Of a stretch of 64,000 nucleotides of DNA, positions 9,377 through 19,741 are shown one piece after another (positions within the stretch are counted from its first letter, which is position 1; each line of letters begins with the position of its first letter). A program made the position numbers and the translations under genes. The stretch comes from Methanobacteriota archaeon (GTDB lineage: Archaea > Thermoplasmatota > E2 > DHVEG-1), in NCBI GenBank assembly GCA_963769885.1, contig CAVYNH010000006.1, positions 320,001-384,000 of the forward strand. The letters are read 5' to 3'. The notes beneath the pieces were generated by a model, which ran no database searches, was not told where the DNA came from, and saw only the letters and a program-made list of their open reading frames with translations.

Positions 9377-10335
9377 ATCGTGATGCGGATCTCTTTGAGC
9401 ATCTTATTGATGCTGAAGATCGGCGCGTACGGCAAGAACCTCTTGTACTCATTGTTGGGGATGAGCGACGAGCGGCTCAGCTGCTGCGCCTTCGTGACAT
9501 GCTTGGTGATCTCCTCCAGGTACAGCTTCTTTATCTCTGAGGAGTTCCGCTGGATTTTTCGGCGGATCGCCTTGGCCTTCAACGACCCGTTCTTCGCATT
9601 CCGCTTCTCAAGCCGTGTCAACAAGGGGATGACGACGCTGTCGATCATCTCGCCTTTCTCGAGGTCCACGAGGTCGTCGGCCAGCTGGTACGCGAACCCG
9701 ACCTCACGGCCGTACTCGCCGAAGACGTCCGCCACGGGGTCCGGGGCGTTCGCCCAGTAGGCAGCGGCCTTGCAGGCCGCTGAGAACAGCGTCCCGGTCT
9801 TCAGGTCGATGATCCGGCTGTAGACCTTGAAGAACTTCGAGTCCACGGTGATGTCCGGGTTCTGCAGATCCTGGCTGTTGAAGTTAATCTCGTTGAGCTG
9901 CCCGTTCAGCGTCTCCTTCCACGCGTCGACGTAGAGCTTGGCGATCTTCTCGCCGTGGTTGATGGCGATGGTGAACCCGATGACCAGCATCTTATGCCCG
10001 ATGAGGATCGCGTTATCGATCCCCTTCTGGATGTAGAAGGCGGGCTCGCCGCGGCGGTTCAAATCGCCGTCGATGATGTCGTCATGGACCAGGGATGCGC
10101 CATGGGCCAGCTCGATGGCGACCGCGCCTTCGAGGAACCGTTGGTACAGCTCCGCGGTTTCTTTGCCGCTGGTGCAGGCTTTGAACGAGATCGAGGCGAG
10201 GAGCGGGCGGAGCCGCTTGCCTCCCTTAAGGATGTTGAGAATGTTCTGATCCTGAATGATCTGGGTGATTTTCTTCTCGACGTCTTCGTAGGAATGCTTC
10301 AGGAAAATCTCCAGTGGCAGTGAGTCGTCGTCCAT
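9373..10335 (-). CDS. Polyprenyl diphosphate synthase
   Basis: GGKRLRP, HDDIID..RRG, KTG, YQLADDLVD. Confidence 0.93.
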   Translation of the reverse strand: MDDDSLPLEIFLKHSYEDVEKKITQIIQDQNILNILKGGKRLRPLLASISFKACTSGKETAELYQRFLEGAVAIELAHGASLVHDDIIDGDLNRRGEPAFYIQKGIDNAILIGHKMLVIGFTIAINHGEKIAKLYVDAWKETLNGQLNEINFNSQDLQNPDITVDSKFFKVYSRIIDLKTGTLFSAACKAAAYWANAPDPVADVFGEYGREVGFAYQLADDLVDLEKGEMIDSVVIPLLTRLEKRNAKNGSLKAKAIRRKIQRNSSEIKKLYLEEITKHVTKAQQLSRSSLIPNNEYKRFLPYAPIFSINKMLKEIRITI

Positions 10336-10720
10336 TGGTCTTACCTGGCGTCAGAGTTTTGAGTTGATATGGACTACTATATAATATAGTCTTCTGTGGA
10401 AGAGGCATAGACAGAATGTGCTTTTTCTCCTGAACTATTATGTCTTAAACCCCTCGACAGAATGATTTATCGTCTATCCCTCAAGCGATGTACCGATTGA
10501 CATTATTTTGTGCTTCTGTCTTCTTCAAGCAGTCCCTAAGCTCTTCTATGGACAGCCATACTCCAGTTTCATCGAGGCTAGAGCTTCCTTGATACTGTTT
10601 AGTTCGTCCTCTATGACAGTTAAACCTTTATTCATTGCATCCCCTCCTATTATGGACTATTTTATAAAGACTAGGAATAGTATTAAATCTGCCTTAAAAG
10701 ATAACTTCTTGGGGAAAGCA

Positions 10721-11140
10721 ATGAAAAAGTTGCTTGTAGTCGGTGTGAGCATCCTTGCTGTATTTCTTATGGTTCTTGCCTCTCAAACATCTGTAGTGGC
10801 ATATAATCAAATTAAGTCTGCGTCTGATAAACCAATATCTATTCTTAAGACAATTCTCTCACGCACGCAAGATATTAAAAAGCTTGGTATTGGTAAAAGT
10901 ATCTACATCATCATCGCAGTCATTTTCCTTCGGTTCTTTTTATGGTTGTCTTTGAACTCGGGTTTGCCATTGTACTATGCATTTATTGATGCGGCCATAT
11001 GGCCTGTGTTCGTTGTAGTGGGTACGGGGTTGGTGGTATCCTTCCTTTTTCTCTGGATTTACGGATATATCTATTTAATCATCCACGGACACTTGCCTCC
11101 CTGGCTTTCCAACCCTCCCACGTTAAATCTAAAGAATTAG
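10721..11140 (+). CDS. Hypothetical membrane protein, low GC
   Basis: Signal peptide from ATG 10721 plus 2 hydrophobic segments. Confidence 0.65.
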   Translation: MKKLLVVGVSILAVFLMVLASQTSVVAYNQIKSASDKPISILKTILSRTQDIKKLGIGKSIYIIIAVIFLRFFLWLSLNSGLPLYYAFIDAAIWPVFVVVGTGLVVSFLFLWIYGYIYLIIHGHLPPWLSNPPTLNLKN

Positions 11141-11247
11141 GGTAGGTTGAAGGAACTTCCTACCCATTTGATGTTATATTTCTTCCCAAAATAGCAGTTT
11201 TCTCCTTAAGGAATATAGTCTTCTATCCTGACAGAAGGGAATTCGCT

Positions 11248-11853
11248 TCAAGTCGGCAGCCTTCCCTTGGCTATAATGTAGATTTCCGAGCTGCTCTTGC
11301 GGGATGCCTGCGGGGAGTACCGCTTGACCTGGCGGAACCGGGCCCGCACCTGGGTAATAAACCCGGGGGTGTCCTCCCCCTCGAAGAGCTTGCAGACGAA
11401 GTGCCCGCCCGGCTTCAGCACGGCTTCAGCGACCCTGAGGGCCTGTTCGCACAGCCACAGGCTCCTTGCTTGGTCCACGGAATAGTTCCCGGTGATGTCC
11501 GGGGACATGTCAGAAATGACCTCGTCAGCCTTTTTCCCCTGGAGCCGGTCCAGTATTTCCATGTGTGTCGACTCCAGGCCGATGTCGCCTTGGATGACAT
11601 CGACGCCAGGGATGGGCGCCATCATGGAAATGTCGACGGCGATGACGCGGCCCTTCTCGCCGATTAGTTCGCAGGCCACTTGGCTCCAGCCGCCGGGGGC
11701 GGCGCCGAGGTCGACGACGATGTCTCCTTTAGAGAAGATGGAGAACCGCTGCTGGATCTGTTTCAGTTTGAAGGCGGAGCGGGCGCGGTAGCCGAGGGCT
11801 TTCGCCTCCCGATAATAATGCTCCCGCTTCTTCTCCTGGTACCACCGGGTCAT
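11248..11853 (-). CDS. rlmE: 23S rRNA 2'-O-methyltransferase RlmE/FtsJ
   Basis: YRARSAFKL, DLGAAPGGWSQ, SDMSP, ASRKSSSEIY. Confidence 0.96.
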   Translation of the reverse strand: MTRWYQEKKREHYYREAKALGYRARSAFKLKQIQQRFSIFSKGDIVVDLGAAPGGWSQVACELIGEKGRVIAVDISMMAPIPGVDVIQGDIGLESTHMEILDRLQGKKADEVISDMSPDITGNYSVDQARSLWLCEQALRVAEAVLKPGGHFVCKLFEGEDTPGFITQVRARFRQVKRYSPQASRKSSSEIYIIAKGRLPT

Positions 11854-11860
11854 AAATCGG

Positions 11861-12817
11861 TTACAGGATGATGTCGATGTCGAGCCGCTCGGCGAGCTCT
11901 TTGTAGCGGTTTCGTATGGTGACTTCGGTAACGCCGGCGACGTCTGCGACCTCGCGCTGGGTGCGCCGCTCGCCGCAGAGGATGCTAGCGATGTAAATAG
12001 AGGCTGCTGCGACGCCGGTCGGGCCGCGGCCGCTGGTCAGTTCCTTGTCCGCAGCCTCCTTGAGAATTTCGATGGATTTGGCCTGAACATCGCCGCTGAG
12101 CTTCAGCTCGCTGCAGAACCGGGAGATGTAATCTTGAGGAGATGTGGGCATGAGTTTGAGGCCGAGCTCTCGGGCGATGAAGCGGTAGGTGCGGCCGATC
12201 TCCTTGCGGGAGACGCGGCTGGAGGCGGCGATCTCGTCAAGAGTGCGGGGGACGTTGCATTGTCGGCAGGCGGCGTAGAGGGCGGAGGCGCTGACGCCTT
12301 CGATGCTGCGGCCGCGGATGAGGTTCTTGAGGACGGCCTTTCGGTAGACCATGGCCGCGGTCTCGCGGACGGTGCGGGGGAGGCCCATGCCTGAGGCCAT
12401 GCGGTCGAGTTCAGAGAGGGCGAAGGCGAGGTTGCGTTCGGTGGCGTCGCTGATGCGGATGCGGCGTTGCCATTTTCTGAGTCGGTAGAGTTGGGCGCGG
12501 TTGCGGGTGGGGATGGATTTGCCGTAAGAGTCGCGGTTTTTCCATCCAATCATGGTGGAGAGTCCTTTGTCGTGGATGGTGTAGGTCATGGGTGCGCCGA
12601 CTCTGGCCCGTTTTTCGCGTTGGTCGCTGTCGAAGGCGCGCCATTCGGGGCCGTGGTCGATGAAGTCTTGGTCGATGACGAGGCCGCAGTCTTCGCAGAC
12701 GAGTTCGGCGCGCGAGTAGTCTTTGCTGAGGTGGGTGCTGTTACATTCTGGACATTGGATGATTTCTTCGATGCTTTGGCGTTTTTCCTTTTTTTTCTTG
12801 GATTGCATTTGCACCAT
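11861..12817 (-). CDS. tfb: Transcription initiation factor IIB
   Basis: CPEC..CEDCG zinc ribbon, GPEWRAF, two cyclin repeats. Confidence 0.99.
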   Translation of the reverse strand: MVQMQSKKKKEKRQSIEEIIQCPECNSTHLSKDYSRAELVCEDCGLVIDQDFIDHGPEWRAFDSDQREKRARVGAPMTYTIHDKGLSTMIGWKNRDSYGKSIPTRNRAQLYRLRKWQRRIRISDATERNLAFALSELDRMASGMGLPRTVRETAAMVYRKAVLKNLIRGRSIEGVSASALYAACRQCNVPRTLDEIAASSRVSRKEIGRTYRFIARELGLKLMPTSPQDYISRFCSELKLSGDVQAKSIEILKEAADKELTSGRGPTGVAAASIYIASILCGERRTQREVADVAGVTEVTIRNRYKELAERLDIDIIL

Positions 12818-13056
12818 GCCGACGCCCCCAAAGAATCTATAATAAAGCTTTCGATATGCTTTTATGGCGCAATGACGTGTTTCTATTTAAGGCTTTGCCT
12901 TGTTCCGGGATGGTTCAGGCAGGCGGGTATTTAAACTTAGGGAGAACGCGGGTTTTCTTGCGTGGTCTTGTTGAATAGCCGTCTCCGGCTTGTTTTTGCG
13001 TTGACTTTGAGTCTGGGAATTTGTTTTTAGAAATACGAAAAAGGGGATCAGGATGG

Positions 13057-13740
13057 TTATGTGACCGAGCGGAAATTGACGTAGATGGACCCGGTGTAGG
13101 CGCCGGCGGCGGCGCCGTCGGGGATGTCGAAGGAGACCATGATCCAGACGAAGTCGCTGGTCCCGTTGACGGCATCGGTATCATTGTAGGATTCACGGAC
13201 GTGGGCCGCGGCGTCCCAGGGGGTGGGAGTGGCATTGCCCCCGCTGATGCTCATGTTGCTCATGTTCTGGTCTCCGGCGGCGAAGAGCCAGGTGTTGGAG
13301 GCCGTGGTCTCGCCGGCGATGGGGCCTTTATTCCAGAGCGGGACTAGGGTGTCGGTGTTCTTGTCGCGGTCTGCGTGGGCCCAGACGAGCATGTAGTCCG
13401 CGGGGCTGGAGACGACGGTGATGTTGGTGAGGTAGATGGGGAAGCGTTCTTCGTTGACGATGCCGAAGGCGGCGGTGTAGGTTTTGTTTTGGTTTTCGGT
13501 GAGGTTGAGGCCGAAGGTGAGTTTGAGGTTTTGGTGGCCGCTGGTGTTGTCGCCATCGACTCTGAGGATGAGGATGCCGTCGCTGGCGTTGTCGCTGCCG
13601 ATGAAGCGGATGTCGGCGTTGCTCGGGTGGACGAGGTTGTAGGAGTAGGTCATTTTGGTCGTGGCGAACTGGGTAGCCATGGTCATACTTAGCACAATCA
13701 GCATGATGCCGATAAAAGCTAACCGTCTATCAATTCGCAT
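13057..13740 (-). CDS. Secreted/surface protein (DUF1102-like)
   Basis: N-terminal hydrophobic segment; HPSNADIRF; ends YTGSIYV. Confidence 0.7.
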   Translation of the reverse strand: MRIDRRLAFIGIMLIVLSMTMATQFATTKMTYSYNLVHPSNADIRFIGSDNASDGILILRVDGDNTSGHQNLKLTFGLNLTENQNKTYTAAFGIVNEERFPIYLTNITVVSSPADYMLVWAHADRDKNTDTLVPLWNKGPIAGETTASNTWLFAAGDQNMSNMSISGGNATPTPWDAAAHVRESYNDTDAVNGTSDFVWIMVSFDIPDGAAAGAYTGSIYVNFRSVT

Positions 13741-14009
13741 CCATCCACATCCCAACGCATCCTAGTTGGGCTATGAATCCGTGTGCAGGTATTTAAAATT
13801 GATTATCCCTTGTTATGTTATTTTTTTCAGGTTTTTTTCCTGGGCGGCGGCAGAATTGTGAGACGGGAAAAAGGTGGGATAATGGGTAGAAGGGTTCACC
13901 AGCCTTGGGTTGAAGGCCGTCAGGTCGAGGTGCGCCTAGAAAGCAATAAATAGACGATGGGCGATGCCCTTAACCGGTAACTACGAAGTAGTTAGGGGAT
14001 GATTATCCA

Positions 14010-14318
14010 ATGCGCCTCATGATCCCACCAGAACCCACCATACTCAAACCACGAACAACCACCGCCACCACCTGGGACATCGACTCCCTGGGGATGTGGT
14101 TCGGCAACCAGCTCCCCCGCTACCTCTGGAAGGACGCCGGCTGGTCCCAACCCCTCAAGGCCGAAGGCTACACCTGGCAAAGCTTCCTCAAAGTCCTCTC
14201 GCTGCACAAGAAAGAGATGATCCAATGGGCACGCCACGCCCTCAGCTGGACCGACTTCCTCCGCAGCCTCCAACAAACCATCCAAGACCCCGTCTTCAAA
14301 AACCTCATCACCCACTAA
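14010..14318 (+). CDS. Hypothetical protein
   Basis: Codon usage matches neighbours; directly upstream of the radical SAM gene. Confidence 0.7.
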   Translation: MRLMIPPEPTILKPRTTTATTWDIDSLGMWFGNQLPRYLWKDAGWSQPLKAEGYTWQSFLKVLSLHKKEMIQWARHALSWTDFLRSLQQTIQDPVFKNLITH

Positions 14319-14332
14319 GAGACGAACCACCT

Positions 14333-15964
14333 ATGACCAAAACCCGCGGCACCCCCATCGTCCTCACCGCCTCCCGCGCCGAAGCCAACGAATACGACAA
14401 CAACCCCTTCGCCGCCTTCATCTGCACCTTCCCCCACAAACTCTCCGGCCTGTACCTCCGCGACCACCTCGAACACCTCCCCAGCAACCCCGACGGCACC
14501 GCAACCAGCACCATCTACGGCCTGCGTAAAGTCGAAGCCCTCCTCGCCGACGCCTTCGGCCCTGAGACCGTCGCCGTCGCCCACTACGACATGCTCGACC
14601 GCTTCATCGGCCCCGACACCAAGATCGTCGCCGTCAGCACCATGGACCCCATGGGCCTCGCCTACGTCTCCACCACCTACAACTCCCTCATCGGCTTCGG
14701 CGGCGAAGCCCTCAACGCCAGCGAGTTCAAACTCCTCATCAACCACCCCGCCATCCGATGGTACAAGCCCAAGCTCGTCGTCGGCGGCGCCGGCGCCTGG
14801 CAGATCGCCGAGGCCGGCAAGCAACACGAGTTCGGCATCGATGTCCTCTTCCAAGGCGAAGCCGAAGACGACCTCGTCCCCCTCTTCAAAAAACTCCTCA
14901 GCAACGACCCCGTTCCCCCCGTCGTCACCGCTAAAAAACCCGACCGCACCCACATCCCCCTCATCCAGCACGCCGCCAGCTACGGCATGGTCGAGATCAC
15001 GAGGGGCTGCGGCCGCGGCTGCCAGTTCTGCAGCCCCACCAACCGCACCAAATACAGCGTCCCCCTCCCCTTTATCATGAAAGAAGTCGCGGTCAACGTC
15101 AACAGCGGCAGCCACTCCATCTTCACCGTCACCGAAGACATCTTCCTCTACAAATCCAAGCCCAACTTCGTCCCCAACCGCCCCGCCATCGTCGAACTCT
15201 ACAACACCATCGCCCGGTACCCCGGCGTCGACAACATCCTCCTCTCCCACGCCTCCCTCGCCCCCGTCATCTACGACCGCAAACTCCTCGACGAACTCTC
15301 CCCCATCCTCCTAGAAAAAACCAAATGGCGCCCGGAAACCAGCAACCTGTACAAAAAACCCTTCGTCTCCGTCGAAGTCGGCATCGAGACCGGCAGCGTA
15401 CGGCTCATGAAACAGCATATGAAAGGCAAAGCCCTCCCCTACACCGTCGACAACTGGCCCCAGCTCGTTCTCCAAGGCGTCGGCGCGATGAACGACTACG
15501 ACTGGTGGCCCCTCTGCACCATCATGACCGGACAGCCGGACGAGACCGAAGCCGACGTCAGAGCCACCCTCGACCTCATCGACGACCTCCGCAACCACAA
15601 CGCCAAGATGTTCTACACCCCCGTCCTCTTCATTCCTCTACAAGACGCGGTCCTCGGCAACCAACGCCGCACCAACCTCAAGAACCTCACCGAGCTACAA
15701 TGGGAGGTCCTCGCCAAATGCTGGCGCAACAACATCGACTTCTGGAACCCAGACATGAAATGGCTCTACCACCCCATGTTCTTCTTCAGCCACTGGTTCT
15801 ACGCCCGCTGGCGCCACGGCAAAAAATCCACCTGGCCCATGATGCACCTCTCCGGCTTCCCCCTCAACAAACGCGTCGACCGCCCCTGCGTGCCGGAGTA
15901 CTGCCAAAACCTCCACCCCAGCATCTCGTCGCAGCTCTTCAACGGCTTCCTCCGCCGCCGCTGA
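14333..15964 (+). CDS. B12-binding domain radical SAM protein
   Basis: YGLRKVEA, VGGAGAW, EITRGCGRGCQFC (CxxxCxxC), GIETGS. Confidence 0.92.
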   Translation: MTKTRGTPIVLTASRAEANEYDNNPFAAFICTFPHKLSGLYLRDHLEHLPSNPDGTATSTIYGLRKVEALLADAFGPETVAVAHYDMLDRFIGPDTKIVAVSTMDPMGLAYVSTTYNSLIGFGGEALNASEFKLLINHPAIRWYKPKLVVGGAGAWQIAEAGKQHEFGIDVLFQGEAEDDLVPLFKKLLSNDPVPPVVTAKKPDRTHIPLIQHAASYGMVEITRGCGRGCQFCSPTNRTKYSVPLPFIMKEVAVNVNSGSHSIFTVTEDIFLYKSKPNFVPNRPAIVELYNTIARYPGVDNILLSHASLAPVIYDRKLLDELSPILLEKTKWRPETSNLYKKPFVSVEVGIETGSVRLMKQHMKGKALPYTVDNWPQLVLQGVGAMNDYDWWPLCTIMTGQPDETEADVRATLDLIDDLRNHNAKMFYTPVLFIPLQDAVLGNQRRTNLKNLTELQWEVLAKCWRNNIDFWNPDMKWLYHPMFFFSHWFYARWRHGKKSTWPMMHLSGFPLNKRVDRPCVPEYCQNLHPSISSQLFNGFLRRR

Positions 15965-15983
15965 GACGAGCAGCAGAAACGGC

Positions 15984-17327
15984 TTAGCTGCCGAAAAACG
16001 CCTTATAGGCAAGGTACGACGAGTAGAGGTCCACCTTACTCGTCAGCTCGAACGGCGAATGCATCGACAGCACGGCCGGGCCCATATCGATGACCTCCAT
16101 CCCCAGCCGGGAGATGTACTTCGCCACGGTCCCGCCCCCGCCCCGGTCGACCTTCCCGATCTCCCCGGTCTGCCACGGCACCCTCGCCTTATCCAACATC
16201 GCGCGGATCTCCGCGACGTACTCCGCCGAGGCGTCGTTCGCCGAATACTTCCCCCCATGACCAGAGTACTTCGACATCGCGATCCCACAGCCCAACGACG
16301 ACGCGTTCTTCACCTCAAATACCTCAATGTAGTTCGGCGTCACCGCCGAGTTCACATCCGCCGAGATCGTCCGCGAATGTAGCAAGACCGTGTCCACATC
16401 AGCCTTCGCATCAACCTCATGAATCAAGGAGCGCAAGAAGACCTCAGCCTGCGCGGTCGTGTTCCCCTCACTGCCAATCTCTTCCTTGTCGACGAACAAC
16501 GCGATCGCCGTATGCGCGGGACGCCCGGTATCACAGACGGCCTTCAACGCTGCGTACGCGGACGCCCGGTCATCCTGACCGTAACCGCCGACCAACGACC
16601 GGTCGAAGCCGACGTCCACAGCCTTGAGCGCGGGGACCGCCTCAAGCTCCGCTGAGATGAAATCATCCTCAGTAATCCCATAGTCCTTATGCAGCTTCTC
16701 AAGAATTGCGGCCTTGATCTTCTCCTTGACATCCCGTTTCACCGGCTGGCTGCCGACGACGATATCAAGGCTCTCCCCCTTGATCGCTTCATCCAGCTTC
16801 TTTTCATCCTGGACTTCATGCGCCAGATGCGGCAGCAGGTCGCTGACGGAGAACACCGGATCCTGGGGGTCCTCCCCAAGTGAAAAAGTGATAGTCTCCC
16901 CGTTCTTCTTCACGATGACCCCGTGCAAGGCGAGCGGGATTACCACCCACTGGAACTTCTTGATCCCCCCATAGTAATGGGTCTCAAAGAGTGCTAAATT
17001 GCTCTCCGAATCCTGATACAGAGGGATTTGTTTAAGGTCCAGACGCGGTGAATCAATATGGGCGACGACAAGGCGGATGCCCTCCGCCAGCGGCTTGCTT
17101 CCCGGAACGACGACGGCCGCAGCCTTCCCGCGGTTGACCGTGACCTTCTTCTTGGCTTTCCTCGCTGTCTTCTGGATGAGTGAGACCGCCTCGCGTTCGG
17201 TCTTCGCCGCGTTCAGAAACGTGATGTAGTCGCGTGCGTACGCGAAGGCTTCCTCGACCTGGGCTTTCGAGAACAATTCCCAGGCGGTCCTCTTCTTATA
17301 TGCGTATCTGCTCTCCGCCTCTGCCAT
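15984..17327 (-). CDS. M18 family aminopeptidase
   Basis: AHIDSPRLDLK, YGQDDR, DKEEIGS, SMHSPFE. Confidence 0.95.
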   Translation of the reverse strand: MAEAESRYAYKKRTAWELFSKAQVEEAFAYARDYITFLNAAKTEREAVSLIQKTARKAKKKVTVNRGKAAAVVVPGSKPLAEGIRLVVAHIDSPRLDLKQIPLYQDSESNLALFETHYYGGIKKFQWVVIPLALHGVIVKKNGETITFSLGEDPQDPVFSVSDLLPHLAHEVQDEKKLDEAIKGESLDIVVGSQPVKRDVKEKIKAAILEKLHKDYGITEDDFISAELEAVPALKAVDVGFDRSLVGGYGQDDRASAYAALKAVCDTGRPAHTAIALFVDKEEIGSEGNTTAQAEVFLRSLIHEVDAKADVDTVLLHSRTISADVNSAVTPNYIEVFEVKNASSLGCGIAMSKYSGHGGKYSANDASAEYVAEIRAMLDKARVPWQTGEIGKVDRGGGGTVAKYISRLGMEVIDMGPAVLSMHSPFELTSKVDLYSSYLAYKAFFGS

Positions 17328-17411
17328 ACCGATGTCCTCTCCGGTCACCCGAACCTACTCGGACCATAAAAAGATAGCGAAAGAACAGAAAAAAAATGAG
17401 GGATGGCGGGG

Positions 17412-18404
17412 TTACCGCCGGATGAGGTAGACGACGATGGCGATCCCGGCGACAGCGATGATCACGATGATCGCGATGAAGATTAGGACCATGTTCCCTG
17501 ACCCGATGATGTTACCGTTGCTCCCGCCCTGGATTTTGATCGTCCCTTCTTCGGACACCTGAGTCCCATGGTGGTCGGTGACCGTGCAGTTGTAGGTGAA
17601 CTCGCCGGTCTTGGTGTAGGTGTGGGTCGGGTTCTGTTCATCCGCGACTTGCCCATCGCCAAATACCCAGTGGTACGTGTAGGGAGCCTCCCCCGTGGTG
17701 GCGACGACGATGCAGGTGAACTTGACGGGGGTGCCGGGGGCGGCGAGGGTCTGGTCCGTGCCCGCCTCAAGGATGGTCAGAGGCTCGTTCGGGGCGCTGT
17801 CCTGGTAGTAGAGGATGAGGTCGGTGTAGTCCTCTGCGGTCATGGCGTCGGAGATGTTTGCTTTGATGAAAGTCGTCATGGCGCCGAAGCCCTCTATCTC
17901 CTCTAGTGAGCTTTGCAGCGAGAACGTTAGGGTGAGGGTGTTGCCGGTCTTGGTGAAGGGGACAGTCGTCAGGTTGTCGATGTTATCGTCGATGGTGAGC
18001 TTGCAGGAGCCGTTGACGTAGTAGATCATGTAGTCGGACTCGTTGGTCGACATGTTCAGGGTGTAGCCGATGGTGTTGTAACTCAGGTTGTTGGGGTCGC
18101 TGGGCTCTTCGGTCATGAGGAGGTCGTTGATGTTGCCGCGGTCGTTGATTTGGCCGGCGACGGTGAGGCCCATGGTGACGGTCCCGGCGCCGTTGTCGTT
18201 GCAGGTGACGCCGATGATGTCGATGTCTTCAATGGGGAGTTCGGGGCTACTGGTGATGATGGTGCTGTTGCTGGTGGTGAAGTCCACGCTGACGACGTCG
18301 TTGGCGATGTCGGTGATGGACCGGTTTTCTGCGGAGACTGAGGCTGCGGAGACGAGCAGCCCGACGAGCAGCAGCCCTACGGCGAGGATGGTTCTCTTGT
18401 GCAT
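17412..18404 (-). CDS. Membrane-anchored PKD domain protein
   Basis: Signal peptide; YHWVFGDG..NPTHTY; C-terminal TM plus RR. Confidence 0.88.
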   Translation of the reverse strand: MHKRTILAVGLLLVGLLVSAASVSAENRSITDIANDVVSVDFTTSNSTIITSSPELPIEDIDIIGVTCNDNGAGTVTMGLTVAGQINDRGNINDLLMTEEPSDPNNLSYNTIGYTLNMSTNESDYMIYYVNGSCKLTIDDNIDNLTTVPFTKTGNTLTLTFSLQSSLEEIEGFGAMTTFIKANISDAMTAEDYTDLILYYQDSAPNEPLTILEAGTDQTLAAPGTPVKFTCIVVATTGEAPYTYHWVFGDGQVADEQNPTHTYTKTGEFTYNCTVTDHHGTQVSEEGTIKIQGGSNGNIIGSGNMVLIFIAIIVIIAVAGIAIVVYLIRR

Positions 18405-18504
18405 TTCTGTGCTCCTTGGAAAGTTCTGAGGGAGTTAATTGGCGGCTCTATATAAGAATTACCCTTCCTCTGAGCAGGGTCCATCCCTGAAGGATGTCCT
18501 TTTT

Positions 18505-18816
18505 TTATCGGAGGCGCTTCCTCAGCACGGTCATCGTCGAGATCATCTGGTCGAGGCGGTCATCGAGCTCGTCGAGGGTGCGCTGGACCCTGTCGGTGAC
18601 GACCGCTCCCTGCGCCGACGGCCTGATCACGCCGTCGTTCTCCAGCGTCCGCAGGGAGTAGCGGATGACGTGCTGCGGCTGGCCCGTCATCTGCGAGAGC
18701 CGGATGATGCCGATGGGTCCGTGCTCCATGACGGTCTTCAGGACGTCGATGTGGCGGCTGAGCAGATCCAGTTCCTTTTCTGCGACCATGCTGGTGGCAA
18801 TGCGTTCTCTACCCAT
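18505..18816 (-). CDS. Winged-helix putative regulator
   Basis: GPIGIIRLS..HVIRYSLRTLE..IRPSAQGA. Confidence 0.8.
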   Translation of the reverse strand: MGRERIATSMVAEKELDLLSRHIDVLKTVMEHGPIGIIRLSQMTGQPQHVIRYSLRTLENDGVIRPSAQGAVVTDRVQRTLDELDDRLDQMISTMTVLRKRLR

Positions 18817-18916
18817 AGTCTCTCCATCCCAAGTTACGTGCTAACATAATGCATATAGGTTATTTAAGCCTTGCCATGAGCTGGCATAGCTAAGAAAAAT
18901 AGAAGGGAGTGGGGGT

Positions 18917-19294
18917 CTACTTGGAGGCCCACAGCCCATGGATCGTGCAATATTCGCGCGCAAAAACAGGCTGCGCCTGGACCGGAAACAGCGCCTCAGG
19001 CGGAAACCCCGGCTTCAAATACCTCCGGTACACCTGACCCTCAGCCAGTAACTCGATCCATTCGATGAAATGCTTCTCCTCCATGGGATGCGGCACCGCG
19101 CCGACCCGGACCTTGATGCCCGCCGCCGTCCGCTCGATGACCGGGACGTGCTTCTCGTTGCCCACATCCGTCGTCTTCTCCGCGAGCCGCTGCATCGGCT
19201 GCCCGCAGCACACCAGCGTCCCACCGCCGGCATGCACGACTTCCACAATGTTCCCACACTCAAGGCATTTATAGACTTCTCGTATGCTCGTCAT
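18917..19294 (-). CDS. dfx: Desulfoferrodoxin (superoxide reductase)
   Basis: [35 protein letters not shown]. Confidence 0.97.
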   Translation of the reverse strand: MTSIREVYKCLECGNIVEVVHAGGGTLVCCGQPMQRLAEKTTDVGNEKHVPVIERTAAGIKVRVGAVPHPMEEKHFIEWIELLAEGQVYRRYLKPGFPPEALFPVQAQPVFAREYCTIHGLWASK

Positions 19295-19344
19295 ACTCTC
19301 GTACTCCCTCCTAAAGGTCTTTCTTTCCTTACGCCTATTGGGTA

Positions 19345-19734
19345 TTATTTCTTGGCTTTCTTCGCCTTGTAATCCTTAATCGCCTCATGCAAGGCGTCCG
19401 CAGCGAGGTTACTGCAATGCATCTTCTGCGGCGGCAGCCCCTCCAACTCATTGGCCACATCGCCGCGTGTGATTTTCATCGCCTCATCCACGGTCTTCCC
19501 CTTCGCCAGCTCCGTCACCATGCTGCTCGTCGCGATCGCCGACCCGCAGCCGAACGTCCGGAACTTGATATCCGTGATCACATCATCCTTGTTCACCGAG
19601 ATGAAGATCTCCATCACATCCCCGCACACCGGGTTCCCGACCTTCCCATACCCATCCGGATGCTCGATCACCCCGACATTATGCGGGTTGAGGAAATGCT
19701 CCATCACCTTTTTGCTATACCCGACAGCAGCCAT
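19345..19734 (-). CDS. iscU: Fe-S scaffold IscU/NifU
   Basis: [23 protein letters not shown]. Confidence 0.96.
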   Translation of the reverse strand: MAAVGYSKKVMEHFLNPHNVGVIEHPDGYGKVGNPVCGDVMEIFISVNKDDVITDIKFRTFGCGSAIATSSMVTELAKGKTVDEAMKITRGDVANELEGLPPQKMHCSNLAADALHEAIKDYKAKKAKK

Positions 19735-19741
19735 ACGCTTC

